Shown one piece after another: positions 47,432 to 57,005 of a DNA stretch of 64,000 nt; position 1 is the stretch's first letter, and every line of letters starts with the position of its first letter. Source of the stretch: Pseudomonadota bacterium (GTDB lineage: Bacteria > Pseudomonadota > Gammaproteobacteria > Burkholderiales > Rhodocyclaceae). The DNA lies in the NCBI GenBank assembly GCA_039797825.1, contig JBDKHF010000031.1, positions 31,814 through 95,813 on the forward strand. The letters are read 5' to 3'. The notes beneath the pieces are model-generated. The model saw only the letters and a program-made list of their open reading frames with translations. It had not been told where the DNA came from and did not search any database. Both the position numbers and the translations under genes were made by a program.

Positions 47432-48115
47432 CTACTCCCGAATCAACTGGTAGCCCTGCCGATAAACCGTCTGGATGCACGAACGACCATCGGCCAGCGT
47501 GCCAAGTTTGTGGCGGATGCTCGACAGATGCACATCAATACTCCGATCAAAGCGCGCCAGCGGTCGGCCCAGCGCCAGTTCGGAAAGCTCGCCCTTGCTC
47601 ACCGGGCGTCCGCCGTGGCGGGCGAGCACTTCAACCAGCGCATATTCGGTGCTGGTCAGCTCGACCGCCGCGCCTTCCCATTCAACACGGCGTTGCTCAG
47701 GGCGCACCGACAAGGCGCCAAAGACCAGCGGCGCATTGGGCGGCTCGCCGGATTGCCCGCTACGCCGCAAAATTGCCCGCAGCCGGGCGGCCAGCTCACG
47801 CGGCAAACAGGGTTTGGGCACATAGTCATCGGCCCCCAGTTCAAGGCCGACAATGCGGTCCATATCATCACCCCGCGCGGTCAGCATCAGTACCGGCATT
47901 GCGCTGGCGGCGCGAATCCGGCGCAGCGCCTCGATGCCGGAAAGTTTGGGCATCATCACGTCGAGCACGGCGATCGCGTGCTTGCCACTCAGCGCCTCGG
48001 CAACACCACTCACGCCATCGTGCACCGTGCTTACCGTGAAGCCTTCCTGGGCCAGGTAATCGCCAAGCATTTCGGCCAGTTCCACATCGTCGTCGACCAA
48101 CAAAACTGCCGTCAT
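47432..48115 (-). CDS. OmpR-family response regulator (CpxR-like)
   Basis: MTAVLLVDDD, AVLDVMMPKLSG receiver and a winged-helix C-terminus. Immediately upstream of the kinase and divergent from a CpxP-family gene. Confidence 0.88.
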   Translation of the reverse strand: MTAVLLVDDDVELAEMLGDYLAQEGFTVSTVHDGVSGVAEALSGKHAIAVLDVMMPKLSGIEALRRIRAASAMPVLMLTARGDDMDRIVGLELGADDYVPKPCLPRELAARLRAILRRSGQSGEPPNAPLVFGALSVRPEQRRVEWEGAAVELTSTEYALVEVLARHGGRPVSKGELSELALGRPLARFDRSIDVHLSSIRHKLGTLADGRSCIQTVYRQGYQLIRE

Positions 48116-48181
48116 CGCGCATTCCATTCTCGATTTTTACCGCCACGATGATAGCCAAGCCGCTTGCAATCAGACACTGAA

Positions 48182-48196
48182 TTTACATCCTTTTAC
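48182..48196 (-). promoter_or_regulatory. CpxR-type box GTAAA-N5-GTAAA
   Basis: Plus-strand TTTACATCCTTTTAC reverse-complements to GTAAAAGGATGTAAA, an exact match to the tandem GTAAA(N5)GTAAA consensus described for E. coli CpxR. It lies in the regulator/CpxP-like divergent intergenic region. Confidence 0.5.
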
Positions 48197-48288
48197 TGCT
48201 CGCTAACCGCGCTTAACCGGGGCTTCGCCAACAATACATTCCATCGCCAAACCGCTTTCGGCCAGGCGCAACCCACCGAGGAAACACC

Positions 48289-48756
48289 ATGAAAACCAAA
48301 ATATTTGCGGCCTTGCTGTTCACCGCCCCCTTTCTTGCTCACGCCCAAGCACCGGTTGCGGTCGACCAGCCGAGCATGGCAAAAATGGGCCATCACCAGC
48401 ACCACCACAGTCATGCCTTTGCTGGACACCAAGCCACGCCGCCCTTCCTGCGTGGCATCACGCTGAGCGAAGCGCAGCAGGATCAGATTTTTGAGTTGAT
48501 GCACAAACAAGCGCCGAGCATGCGCGAAAAAGCCAAAGCCAGCCATCTGGCGATGAACGAACTGCACCAGCTTTCCCTCTCGGATAACTACGACGAAGCC
48601 CGTGCCAAAAATCTGGCGCGCAGAGCTGCCGATGTGCAAAGCGAAATGGCCCTGCTACGGGCGCAAAGCGAGCAAAAAATCATCGCCTTGCTCAGCCCGG
48701 AACAACGCAAGGAGGTAGCGGCAAAAGTTGCCGGCAAAGCGAATTTAATGCGCTAA
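48289..48756 (+). CDS. periplasmic CpxP/Spy/ZraP-family protein
   Basis: Signal peptide, two LTxxQ-like motifs (ITLSEAQQDQIF, LLSPEQRKEV) and a His cluster GHHQHHHSH. Confidence 0.8.
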   Translation: MKTKIFAALLFTAPFLAHAQAPVAVDQPSMAKMGHHQHHHSHAFAGHQATPPFLRGITLSEAQQDQIFELMHKQAPSMREKAKASHLAMNELHQLSLSDNYDEARAKNLARRAADVQSEMALLRAQSEQKIIALLSPEQRKEVAAKVAGKANLMR

Positions 48757-48947
48757 ACCGCTGAATGCCGGCCCGTCAGGGCACGACCGGGCCGGATAAA
48801 TGCCAATTTCCTTAACAAACCTTTACCTCGCTTAACTCGAAACACCGCCAATTTTCGCTGTTCTGGGCCGATAACTTGCTCATACACTGGGGCCAGACCA
48901 AGTCACAAGTTCCTGGCAATCATTCAACCCGCTTCAAGGAGTCAATC

Positions 48948-49607
48948 ATGATCAGCGGCATCGGTAATTCCACACAACTCAGCAGCAAGTTATTCTCGGC
49001 GCTCGATACCAAGAGCCAGGGCTTTCTCGACAAAAATGATTTCGTCAGCGCCTTCAGCAAGATTTCCAGCAGCACAAATTCAAGCAGCGCCAGCGTCGAT
49101 GACGTATTCAGTGCACTCGACAGCGATAGTGACGGCAAAGTCACCAAGGACGAATTTGCCAGCACGCTCGCCAAGCTGCAGGAACAATTCGCCAGTTCAC
49201 GCATGCACGGTGGCGGACATGGCGGCCCGCAAGGTGCCGGTGGCCCGCCGCCCCCGCCGCCGGCCAACGACGCTGGTTTCACCCAGGATGAATTGAGCAG
49301 CCAGCTTGAAGAAGTCAGTAGCAGCGGCGACAGCAAACGCAGCGAGCTGCTGAGCAATATCGTTAACAACTTTGAGGCTGCCGATACGGATAGCGACGGT
49401 AAAGTAAGCTTCAGCGAAGCAATGGCCTATGAGCAGTCAGCACAAAACAGCACGGCCAGCGATGCCACCTCAAGCGCCAGTTCAGCGAGCAACAACAGCA
49501 GCGACGCCGGCATCATGATGAAAATCATGCAGCTGATGCACGCGTATGGCAGTGGCAACGAAGAGCAATCGAGCAATCTGTCCAGCCTGCTCTCGGTTAG
49601 CGCCTGA
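48948..49607 (+). CDS. EF-hand calcium-binding protein, Ser-rich
   Basis: 219 aa from ATG 48948. Three EF-hand loops (DTKSQGFLDKND, DSDSDGKVTKDE, DTDSDGKVSFSE). GGPPPPPPA linker. Confidence 0.75.
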   Translation: MISGIGNSTQLSSKLFSALDTKSQGFLDKNDFVSAFSKISSSTNSSSASVDDVFSALDSDSDGKVTKDEFASTLAKLQEQFASSRMHGGGHGGPQGAGGPPPPPPANDAGFTQDELSSQLEEVSSSGDSKRSELLSNIVNNFEAADTDSDGKVSFSEAMAYEQSAQNSTASDATSSASSASNNSSDAGIMMKIMQLMHAYGSGNEEQSSNLSSLLSVSA

Positions 49608-49625
49608 CGCCTCTCCACATAAAGC

Positions 49626-49653
49626 AAAAGCCGGCTCTGGTGCCGGCTTTTTT
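49626..49653 (+). terminator. rho-independent terminator after the EF-hand gene
   Basis: Stem AGCCGGC (49629-49635) / GCCGGCT (49642-49648), 6-nt loop, then a T-run to 49653. Confidence 0.6.
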
Positions 49654-49762
49654 ACGCATGCATTTTCAGGTGGGTTACCATACCAAGACATAACTAAAGC
49701 GATAGCCCTGCATTCACTGACGCCGCAGCGCGCTTGCCACAGAAAACACGGAGGAGGAGAGA

Positions 49763-52645
49763 ATGCCGAATCGGATTCCTGTACGGGCATCGTCGTTGAG
49801 CCAACTTAAAAGGCTGGACGAGATACTGAATGGAACGCCGGTACCGACCTTCGTCATTGATCTCGAACACCGTGTTACCCACTGGAACCGAGCCTGCGAA
49901 GTTGTCCTCCATTATCCGGCGCAGGTGATGATCGGCAGCCGCGATCAGTGGAAACCTTTTTACCCCAACCCGCGCCCGGTAATGGCCGACCTCGTCGTAT
50001 CGGGTGAGCTCGATTCCGGTATCAGCACCTATTACCGCAACAAGTTTCGCCGCTCGGCGATCATTCCCGGCTCCTACGAGGCGGAGGATTTTTTCCCCGG
50101 CATGGGGCCGGAGGGCACCTGGCTTTATTTCACCGCCACTCCTTTGCGTGACGATAGCGGCGCCATCATTGGCGCCATCGAAACCCTGCAGGACATTTCC
50201 GCCCAACGGCGCGCCGATCAGGCGCTGCGCAATGAGCATGAAATCCTTAACGCGATCATTGAGCATTTCCCGAGCGGCGTCTCGGTAATCGATGCCGGAT
50301 TAAACATCACCAAGCGCAATGGGCAAATGCGCGCCCTCTTGAATTTGCCGCACGACCTGAGCGGTGGGCCGATTGCCCTGGAAAGCGTGATCCGTTTCAA
50401 CGCCGAGCGCGGCGAATATGGCCCGGTCGATGTCGAAACCTACGTTGCCGAGTCGATGGCACGGGCACGCAACCCCGAACCCCACTGCTTTGAGCGCACC
50501 CGCCCGAATGGTACGGTGCTTGAAATCAAGGGCTCGCCCTTGCCCAATGGCGGCTTTGTCACCTCCTATACCGATATCACCGAACGCAAGCAGGCCGAAG
50601 CGCGGATCGTGCGCTTGCTCGATGAGCAACGCCTGATTTTTGACAACGCCCACGTCGGTATCGTCTGGGTTCGTCAGCGGGTGATTTTGAGTTGCAACAA
50701 ACGCATGGCTGACATGTTCCTGTTCGCCACGCCGCAGCAGATGGAAGGCGAGCTGACCCGGATTTTCTATGTCACGCAGACACAATGGCAAGACGTTGGC
50801 GCGGAGATGTACCGCGATCTCGAACGCAAGGGTTTCGCCCAAAGCGAATGCGAAATGCGCCGCCAGGATGGGTCTGCCATCTGGATCATGCTGACTGGCC
50901 GCCCGCTCGACCAGACCGACGTCGCCGCCGGTTCAATCTGGGTCTATACCGACATCACCGAAAAACGTCAGCAAGAAGCCCAGTTGCTATTGGCAGAAAG
51001 AGTTTTTGCCCACAGCTCCGAAGCCTTGCTGATCACCGACCGGGCCGGGGTCATCATCAACGTCAACAAGGCGTTTTCATTGATCACCGGCTACCCGCGT
51101 GAAGAAGCGGTTGGCCAGACACCGCGCATCCTCAAATCAAACCGGCACGACGAGGCCTTCTACCGCACGATGTGGACCAGTGTTGCCGAAAAGGGGAGTT
51201 GGGAAGGCGAGGTCTGGGATCAGCGCAAAGGCGGTGAAATCTATCCCAAGTGGCTGTCGATCACCGTCGTTCGTGATTCACATGGCGACATACTCAATTA
51301 CATAGGCTGCTTCTCGGACATCACCGAACGCAAGGCGGCGCAGGAGAAAATCGAGTACCTGGCCCACCATGACGCGCTGACCAGCCTGCCCAACCGCCTG
51401 TTGTTGCGCGACCGTTTTGTCCATGCCCGCGAGCAAGCCCGCCGCACTGGCCGCAGCATCGCCTTCATGTTCCTTGATCTCGACCATTTCAAGCGAATCA
51501 ATGATTCACTCGGCCACCGTATCGGCGACGATTTGCTGATCGCTGTCGTCAAGCGCCTGCGCTCCTGCCTGCGCGAATGCGACACGCTCAGCCGGCAAGG
51601 TGGTGACGAATTCATCCTGATTCTCAACGACATCGATGGCAAGGAAACCGCCGCAAAAGTTGCCGAAAAAATCATCACCAGCCTCAACCAGGCATTCGAG
51701 ATTGGTTTGCACTCGCTGAATACCTCGGTCTCGATCGGAATTGCGCTCTCCCCGCTGGATGGTGACGATTTTGACAGCCTGCTGCAAAAGTCCGACACCG
51801 CCATGTACGTTTCCAAGGAACGCATGCGCGGCACCTTCAGTTTCTTTCATCAAGCGATGGATGACTCGGCGAAACGCCGGCTTGACCTCAGCAACAGCCT
51901 GCGCCGCGCCCTTTCCGCCAAGCAGTTTCAACTGGTTTATCAACCGCAGGTCTATGCCGACTCGGGCCGAGTTTTCGGCGCTGAAGCCCTGTTGCGCTGG
52001 TATCCCGAAGATCGTGCGCCAATTTCGCCGACTGAATTCATTCCCCTCGCCGAAGAAATCGGCATGATCCTGCCGATCGGCGAATGGGTAATTGGCCAGG
52101 CATGCGAACAAGCACGGCGCTGGCGCGATGATGGCCTGAACTGCCGGATTGCGGTCAACGTCTCCGGCGTGCAGATTTATCGTGACGATATTGTTGCCGC
52201 CGTCCAGCGCGCCGCGCGTTGTGCCGGCATTTCGCCGGAACTGATTCAGGTTGAATTGACCGAATCGACGCTGATTGAAGACAGCCTTCTGGTTCAGGAT
52301 GCGATCAGCGGCCTCAAGGCGATTGGTGCATCCGTCGCAATTGACGATTTTGGCACCGGCTATTCGAGCCTGGCTTATCTCAAACGTTTTCGCGTCGATA
52401 AACTCAAGATCGACCGCAGCTTCATTGCTGATGCCTGCAGCAACGAAGAAAGCGCCGCCATGACGCGCGCCGTGATCAGCATCGCCCACTCGCTCAACAT
52501 GCGCTCGATTGCCGAGGGCGTCGAAACGCCAGAGCAACTGGCCTTTATCCGGCAAGCCGGCTGCAACGAAGTTCAGGGTTACTTTTACAGCCAGCCTTTA
52601 GCGACGGCTGATTTCCTCAAGTTCGCCAACGCCCGCAAAATATAA
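49763..52645 (+). CDS. multi-PAS GGDEF-EAL cyclic-di-GMP signalling protein
   Basis: 960 aa with several PAS/PAC repeats, RQGGDEF with RECD I-site, EALLRW. Confidence 0.88.
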   Translation: MPNRIPVRASSLSQLKRLDEILNGTPVPTFVIDLEHRVTHWNRACEVVLHYPAQVMIGSRDQWKPFYPNPRPVMADLVVSGELDSGISTYYRNKFRRSAIIPGSYEAEDFFPGMGPEGTWLYFTATPLRDDSGAIIGAIETLQDISAQRRADQALRNEHEILNAIIEHFPSGVSVIDAGLNITKRNGQMRALLNLPHDLSGGPIALESVIRFNAERGEYGPVDVETYVAESMARARNPEPHCFERTRPNGTVLEIKGSPLPNGGFVTSYTDITERKQAEARIVRLLDEQRLIFDNAHVGIVWVRQRVILSCNKRMADMFLFATPQQMEGELTRIFYVTQTQWQDVGAEMYRDLERKGFAQSECEMRRQDGSAIWIMLTGRPLDQTDVAAGSIWVYTDITEKRQQEAQLLLAERVFAHSSEALLITDRAGVIINVNKAFSLITGYPREEAVGQTPRILKSNRHDEAFYRTMWTSVAEKGSWEGEVWDQRKGGEIYPKWLSITVVRDSHGDILNYIGCFSDITERKAAQEKIEYLAHHDALTSLPNRLLLRDRFVHAREQARRTGRSIAFMFLDLDHFKRINDSLGHRIGDDLLIAVVKRLRSCLRECDTLSRQGGDEFILILNDIDGKETAAKVAEKIITSLNQAFEIGLHSLNTSVSIGIALSPLDGDDFDSLLQKSDTAMYVSKERMRGTFSFFHQAMDDSAKRRLDLSNSLRRALSAKQFQLVYQPQVYADSGRVFGAEALLRWYPEDRAPISPTEFIPLAEEIGMILPIGEWVIGQACEQARRWRDDGLNCRIAVNVSGVQIYRDDIVAAVQRAARCAGISPELIQVELTESTLIEDSLLVQDAISGLKAIGASVAIDDFGTGYSSLAYLKRFRVDKLKIDRSFIADACSNEESAAMTRAVISIAHSLNMRSIAEGVETPEQLAFIRQAGCNEVQGYFYSQPLATADFLKFANARKI

Positions 52646-52674
52646 GGCCATTCCAGCGCCAGAAGCTTGCTGAA

Positions 52675-53493
52675 TCAAAGCCCTGGCGGTTCTGGCTGAA
52701 ATTTCTGCAATAGCTGCTGATACGGCGGCGCATCCCAAAAACGCCCGCCACCAGCACTGAAGGCGGCGACTTCGGCGGGTGAAGGAAAAGAGCGATAGCG
52801 CCGCGCGCTTCTATCTTGCGCTGCCGGCGCCAACACTTCACCACGAGATAAACGCTCAATGGCGTGCAGCAGATAGGGAATGGCCAGCGGGTAGATCTCG
52901 GCAATCTGATGCAGCAAGCCCTCACCCGGCTTGATCGGTAGCCTTGCGACGTGCAGCAGTGGGCCACTGTCGATGCCCGGATCAACCAGGTGCACAGCGC
53001 AAGTGAAGCAGTCGTGCCCTTCGGCCAGCGTGCGCATCGGCCCGAACAAGCCGGCAAAGGAAGGTAATGCGGCGGGGTGGATGTTGATGATGCCGTGCTT
53101 GACCAGCGCCAGCATGGCCGGGGTGAAGATATGGCTGAAGCGTGCACTGATCACCAGTTCCGGGTGCAATTTTTCCAGTGCGGTCGCCAGTTGTGGGTGG
53201 TCGCTTACGGTCGACAGCGAAAAGCCGTACTTTTTTTGCAGCGCGTTGAAGGTTAGCCACTCCCCTGCCTTTTGCCCGGCAGCGATGGCTGCATCAAGCA
53301 GCGGGAACAGGGTGTCTATCGGCAGATTGCGTTCAAGAAATGCCATTTCGGCGAGCGCCGCAATCCCACCTTCAGCGGGACGATATTTTTCGGAGAGCAG
53401 GACGCTGATCTCATGCCCGGCCAGTTGCGGCAAGAGCTTGTTGAGGAAGATACAACCGTGCAGGTCGCGTTTGACGCAGAGAGTCAGTTGCAT
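52675..53493 (-). CDS. formyltransferase-family protein (Formyl_trans_N-like)
   Basis: 272 aa. ISARFSHIF..GIINIHPAALPSFAG resembles the formyltransferase N-domain HxSLLPxxRG region. No C-terminal tRNA-binding domain is apparent. Confidence 0.65.
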   Translation of the reverse strand: MQLTLCVKRDLHGCIFLNKLLPQLAGHEISVLLSEKYRPAEGGIAALAEMAFLERNLPIDTLFPLLDAAIAAGQKAGEWLTFNALQKKYGFSLSTVSDHPQLATALEKLHPELVISARFSHIFTPAMLALVKHGIINIHPAALPSFAGLFGPMRTLAEGHDCFTCAVHLVDPGIDSGPLLHVARLPIKPGEGLLHQIAEIYPLAIPYLLHAIERLSRGEVLAPAAQDRSARRYRSFPSPAEVAAFSAGGGRFWDAPPYQQLLQKFQPEPPGL

Positions 53494-54521
53494 GAGTTCG
53501 TCCTCACTTGGGGAATTGGAATCGGACTGGCGTCACCGATGATTTCGGCAAAGTCGAGCAGCTTGAGCGGTGGATAGCGTTCGAGTTGCTGCGCGGCCTT
53601 GATGTTGATCAGGAAGGAAAAGCGGCGTGGCAGTTCAATCGGAATGCTGGCTGGCGCCACGTTCTCGAAAAGAATGCGCGCCGCCAGTTGGGCCGTCAAG
53701 CGCCCTACTTCGCTATAACGATTGACGACGCCCATCAGCGCTGCCGATTTAACCACCGGCGCCTCGGAAGCCGCAAAAACCGGCAACTTGCAAGCCATGG
53801 CGACCCCGGTCAACTGGTCGCGTTGCAGATTGAGAAAGGTGTCGGGCGACTGATAAAGCAGATCAGCACCCGCCTGGGCCAAGCTGGCGACATGTTGCGG
53901 CAATTCTTCCGGACGCGGCTTGCCTTGTGAATCGAGGCTGAACGTCCGCTCGCTGAGGCGAAAACCGAGTACCGGGGCTAGTTGGCGCAAGCGATCACGC
54001 GTAGTCAGCGAATTTTGCTCAGCCGGATTGACCAGCAAGCCCAAATGCCGAAAATCGAAATAACTGCGCGCCGCCCGTAACTGGATCTCTTCATCCAGCA
54101 AATACAGCGTCCCGGTCAAGTTGCGCTCTGATGAAGCCAATTTTTGTACCAATCCAGCCTCAAGCGGATTGCTGACGATCATGAAAACCAGCGGAATATC
54201 GCTGATATGGCGCGCCGGATCGGGTGCTTGCCAGGGGCCGGCAACTTCTTGCGTGACCGTAGTCCCCCAGGTAAGAATCAGATCCGGCTTGAGTTTTTTG
54301 GCTTCAGCGACCAAACCGGGGATGCGCGTTTTGTCCTGTGCCGCATCGCGCAGCGTAAAGCGCACCGGCAAGCGCTGCTTGCGAAAATAATCCTGGAATC
54401 CCCGGCATGACTCCTCGCAACCGCGATAGAGCAGCATCAGCACATGTTTTTCGGCAGCCTGCGCCAGATTCGGCGCATTTCCCAGCAACGCCAGCAGCAT
54501 GATTGTGCCCAGGCGTTTCAT
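53484..54521 (-). CDS. periplasmic ABC-type substrate-binding-fold protein (ABC_sub_bind-like), orphan
   Basis: Signal peptide. Type-I periplasmic-binding-fold pattern (VLMLLYRG..., DLILTWGTT...). No ABC permease or ATPase gene nearby. 10-nt and 4-nt overlaps with its neighbours. Confidence 0.65.
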   Translation of the reverse strand: MKRLGTIMLLALLGNAPNLAQAAEKHVLMLLYRGCEESCRGFQDYFRKQRLPVRFTLRDAAQDKTRIPGLVAEAKKLKPDLILTWGTTVTQEVAGPWQAPDPARHISDIPLVFMIVSNPLEAGLVQKLASSERNLTGTLYLLDEEIQLRAARSYFDFRHLGLLVNPAEQNSLTTRDRLRQLAPVLGFRLSERTFSLDSQGKPRPEELPQHVASLAQAGADLLYQSPDTFLNLQRDQLTGVAMACKLPVFAASEAPVVKSAALMGVVNRYSEVGRLTAQLAARILFENVAPASIPIELPRRFSFLINIKAAQQLERYPPLKLLDFAEIIGDASPIPIPQVRTNSCN

Positions 54522-56944
54522 GCCGGCCCTGCGCTCTGCCGTAGCCCAGCCGGATGAGCACGGCCCAGACTAAAGAGCAGCAGCGTACCGAGCAGAGCAA
54601 AACAGCCAATCACCACCATCGCTCCGCTTGCCGGCAGCCAGACCAGCAAGACCCCGGCCAGCAATGGCCCGAACACACTGCCCAGGCGTTCGAGGGTGCG
54701 CAGGGCAACCAGCACCGAGGTGGCACTGCCCGCATCAGCCAGTTCGATGGCCAACGCCTGCATCGGTGCGGCGGAAAGCCCGGTACCGAGACCGAGCGCG
54801 ACGATGCCGACCCAAATCGCCAGTGCGGGCGAAATCAGGGATGAGGCGAGCCCGGCCATGCCGCCCAGACCAATCAGCAGCAGGCCACCAAGGACCAGTG
54901 ACAGATGCCGTTGCCAGCGATCAGAAAGATACGAGGCGAGCGGATTGCTCAGCGTCAGCAAAATGTAATAGAGCATGATGGCGCGACCAATCGCCGCCGG
55001 GGAATAGTCGGCGGCCTGCAAGCCAAGCGGCGTCAGAAAGAAGAGAAAGCCGGCCAGGCTGATTTTGGCGGGAATCGCAGCGCCCAGCATCAAGGTCATG
55101 AAGCGCCGGTTGCGCAGGAGCGGCTGGAGGTCGGCGAGTCGGAAATTTGCCTGCGGCGCCACGCTGGGCGTTAGACCGCGCTGACTCAGGGCAAAAATCA
55201 CAAACCCGCTGAGCGCAGCAAGCGCCGAAATAAGCAGAACGGCCCGATAACCGAGGCGCTCGGCCAGCACGCCACCAATCGAAGTGCCACAAATGGCGGC
55301 GATGCTGACCGCAGCAACAAACAAGGCCAGACCACGCGCCCGGTTTTCGCCGCTGGTCGTCGCAATAATTTGTCGCTGGCAGGCCATCGTGCCCAGCGCA
55401 TAGCCCGTCGCACACAGCGCTCTGGCGGCCAGCAAGGCCCAGTAATGATTGGTCAGCGCCAGCCAGATGAAGCCGCTGGCAGCCAGCAAGGCGCCGAGGG
55501 CAAAGACCCGGCGCGGCCCATAACGATCAGCCCAGCCGCCGGCATAAGGTGTGGTCAACGCGAAAAAGACCATGTAAACGGCAATCGGCAAGCTGACTGC
55601 CGTACTTTGCGCCAGCCCGCCAGCGGCAAAATCGCTGTAGAACAACGGCAGGAAAGCGCGGGTCAGCTCTTCAGAAAGGATAAAAAGGAACAAGGGCAGG
55701 CGTAGCGACTGCGCGGCAGCATGCCCACTTGCCTCACCCGCCCGACCCTGCTGAGCGACCAGCGAAGCGAGTAGTTCACGAAAAACCAGAATGGTAACCA
55801 GCAGAACTACCGCCACATCGGCAGCAATCGCCCATAAGGCACGTTCAACAAAAGCCTGATCCGGCGTTACGCCCAATTCACCGATCACTGCCTGACCAGC
55901 ATGGATCGCCGCCTTGCTGGCAGGTTCGCTTAATGGCGCTGACGCAATGCCCGGTTGCCCGCCCTTCGCCGCAATCAGATCAAGACTGATTTTTGCCAGA
56001 TCAGGATTGCGCGCCAGCACTTCATCAAAATAGGCCGCCGTTCCGACCAGCTTGTTCGGTGGAATGCCGATACTTACCGCGTATTCAACTTTTTTAGCCA
56101 AGGTTTCAGCGACAGCGGCGGCTTTGGCATTAATCGCCGGCTGCAGGCTGCCCGCCAGTTGCTCTTTGGATTGCCACGCCAGGAGAGTGCTGGCAAGCAG
56201 GGTTGGCAGCAGCACCAGCGCCATCAATTTCCCCCCGGAAATCTGCCGGCGCTGCAGCAGGAGGAATATCCATACCAAGGCAATCCCGGAGCCAATGGCC
56301 AAGATCAGCAACTGGCGCAACATTTCTCTTTCCAACTCGCTCGCCTGAGCTTTCAATGGCTGCGGATCAAGCTCGACCAGCAGGCCACCGATCGCCCTAC
56401 CACCACTGTCATTGACCAGCAGCGCCAGGGCCGGCAAATCCAGCGCGTTACGCGACCAGCGATTCCCTGCCTTGATCAGCGGAACCAGCACCGCATCATC
56501 AAGCGCCAGCCCCTGGCGCTCGGGGCGGGTTGAAAAGTCGAGCCGGCTGGTACGATCTTTCGCACCCGGTGTTTGCGTCAGCGCGAACATGCCGGCCACC
56601 GCGATTCCGGTTTCTGCGCCGGGCAAGGCAGCGAGCTGCATTTGCATCTGCCGCATTTCCGAAACCTCGAGCCCGGACAAGGTGGCCGTTGCCATCGCCG
56701 ACTGAATTGCCGAGACACTGATTTCAGCGCGCGAAATAGCGAGTTCGACGAGCAGGCTGCGATGCTTGTGCACCAGCAAAAAACCCAGGCAGGCCAGTGC
56801 CAGAAAATGTGCCAACAGCAAAAACAGCAGCGCACGCGCCAGCGCTGGCGGTTGCGACGTCATTTGCGGGGAATCAGAATTGAACAGCATCGGCGTGTCA
56901 GTGATTTTGCTTGTTATGCTGAGCAGACTGGACAGCCAACGCAA
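54518..56944 (-). CDS. MFS transporter fused to an N-terminal extension of about 400 aa with two predicted extracytoplasmic segments
   Basis: 808 aa. The C-terminal ~400 aa is a 12-TM MFS core (GWADRYGPRR loop motif). The N-terminal part has about 4 TM bracketing two soluble segments. Start uncertain (alternative ATG 56890). Confidence 0.75.
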   Translation of the reverse strand: MRWLSSLLSITSKITDTPMLFNSDSPQMTSQPPALARALLFLLLAHFLALACLGFLLVHKHRSLLVELAISRAEISVSAIQSAMATATLSGLEVSEMRQMQMQLAALPGAETGIAVAGMFALTQTPGAKDRTSRLDFSTRPERQGLALDDAVLVPLIKAGNRWSRNALDLPALALLVNDSGGRAIGGLLVELDPQPLKAQASELEREMLRQLLILAIGSGIALVWIFLLLQRRQISGGKLMALVLLPTLLASTLLAWQSKEQLAGSLQPAINAKAAAVAETLAKKVEYAVSIGIPPNKLVGTAAYFDEVLARNPDLAKISLDLIAAKGGQPGIASAPLSEPASKAAIHAGQAVIGELGVTPDQAFVERALWAIAADVAVVLLVTILVFRELLASLVAQQGRAGEASGHAAAQSLRLPLFLFILSEELTRAFLPLFYSDFAAGGLAQSTAVSLPIAVYMVFFALTTPYAGGWADRYGPRRVFALGALLAASGFIWLALTNHYWALLAARALCATGYALGTMACQRQIIATTSGENRARGLALFVAAVSIAAICGTSIGGVLAERLGYRAVLLISALAALSGFVIFALSQRGLTPSVAPQANFRLADLQPLLRNRRFMTLMLGAAIPAKISLAGFLFFLTPLGLQAADYSPAAIGRAIMLYYILLTLSNPLASYLSDRWQRHLSLVLGGLLLIGLGGMAGLASSLISPALAIWVGIVALGLGTGLSAAPMQALAIELADAGSATSVLVALRTLERLGSVFGPLLAGVLLVWLPASGAMVVIGCFALLGTLLLFSLGRAHPAGLRQSAGPA

Positions 56945-57005
56945 GTCGCATCGGCATTGGCGGGAGATCAGTATTTATAATACGGGACATTCTCCGGAGA
57001 TGTGT

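Noticed and set aside
47242-48039. 265-aa plus-strand ORF antisense to the CpxR-like and CpxA-like genes
   Set aside because: Extremely Arg/Pro/Ala-rich with no motifs. This is a classic antisense artefact of a high-G+C coding region.
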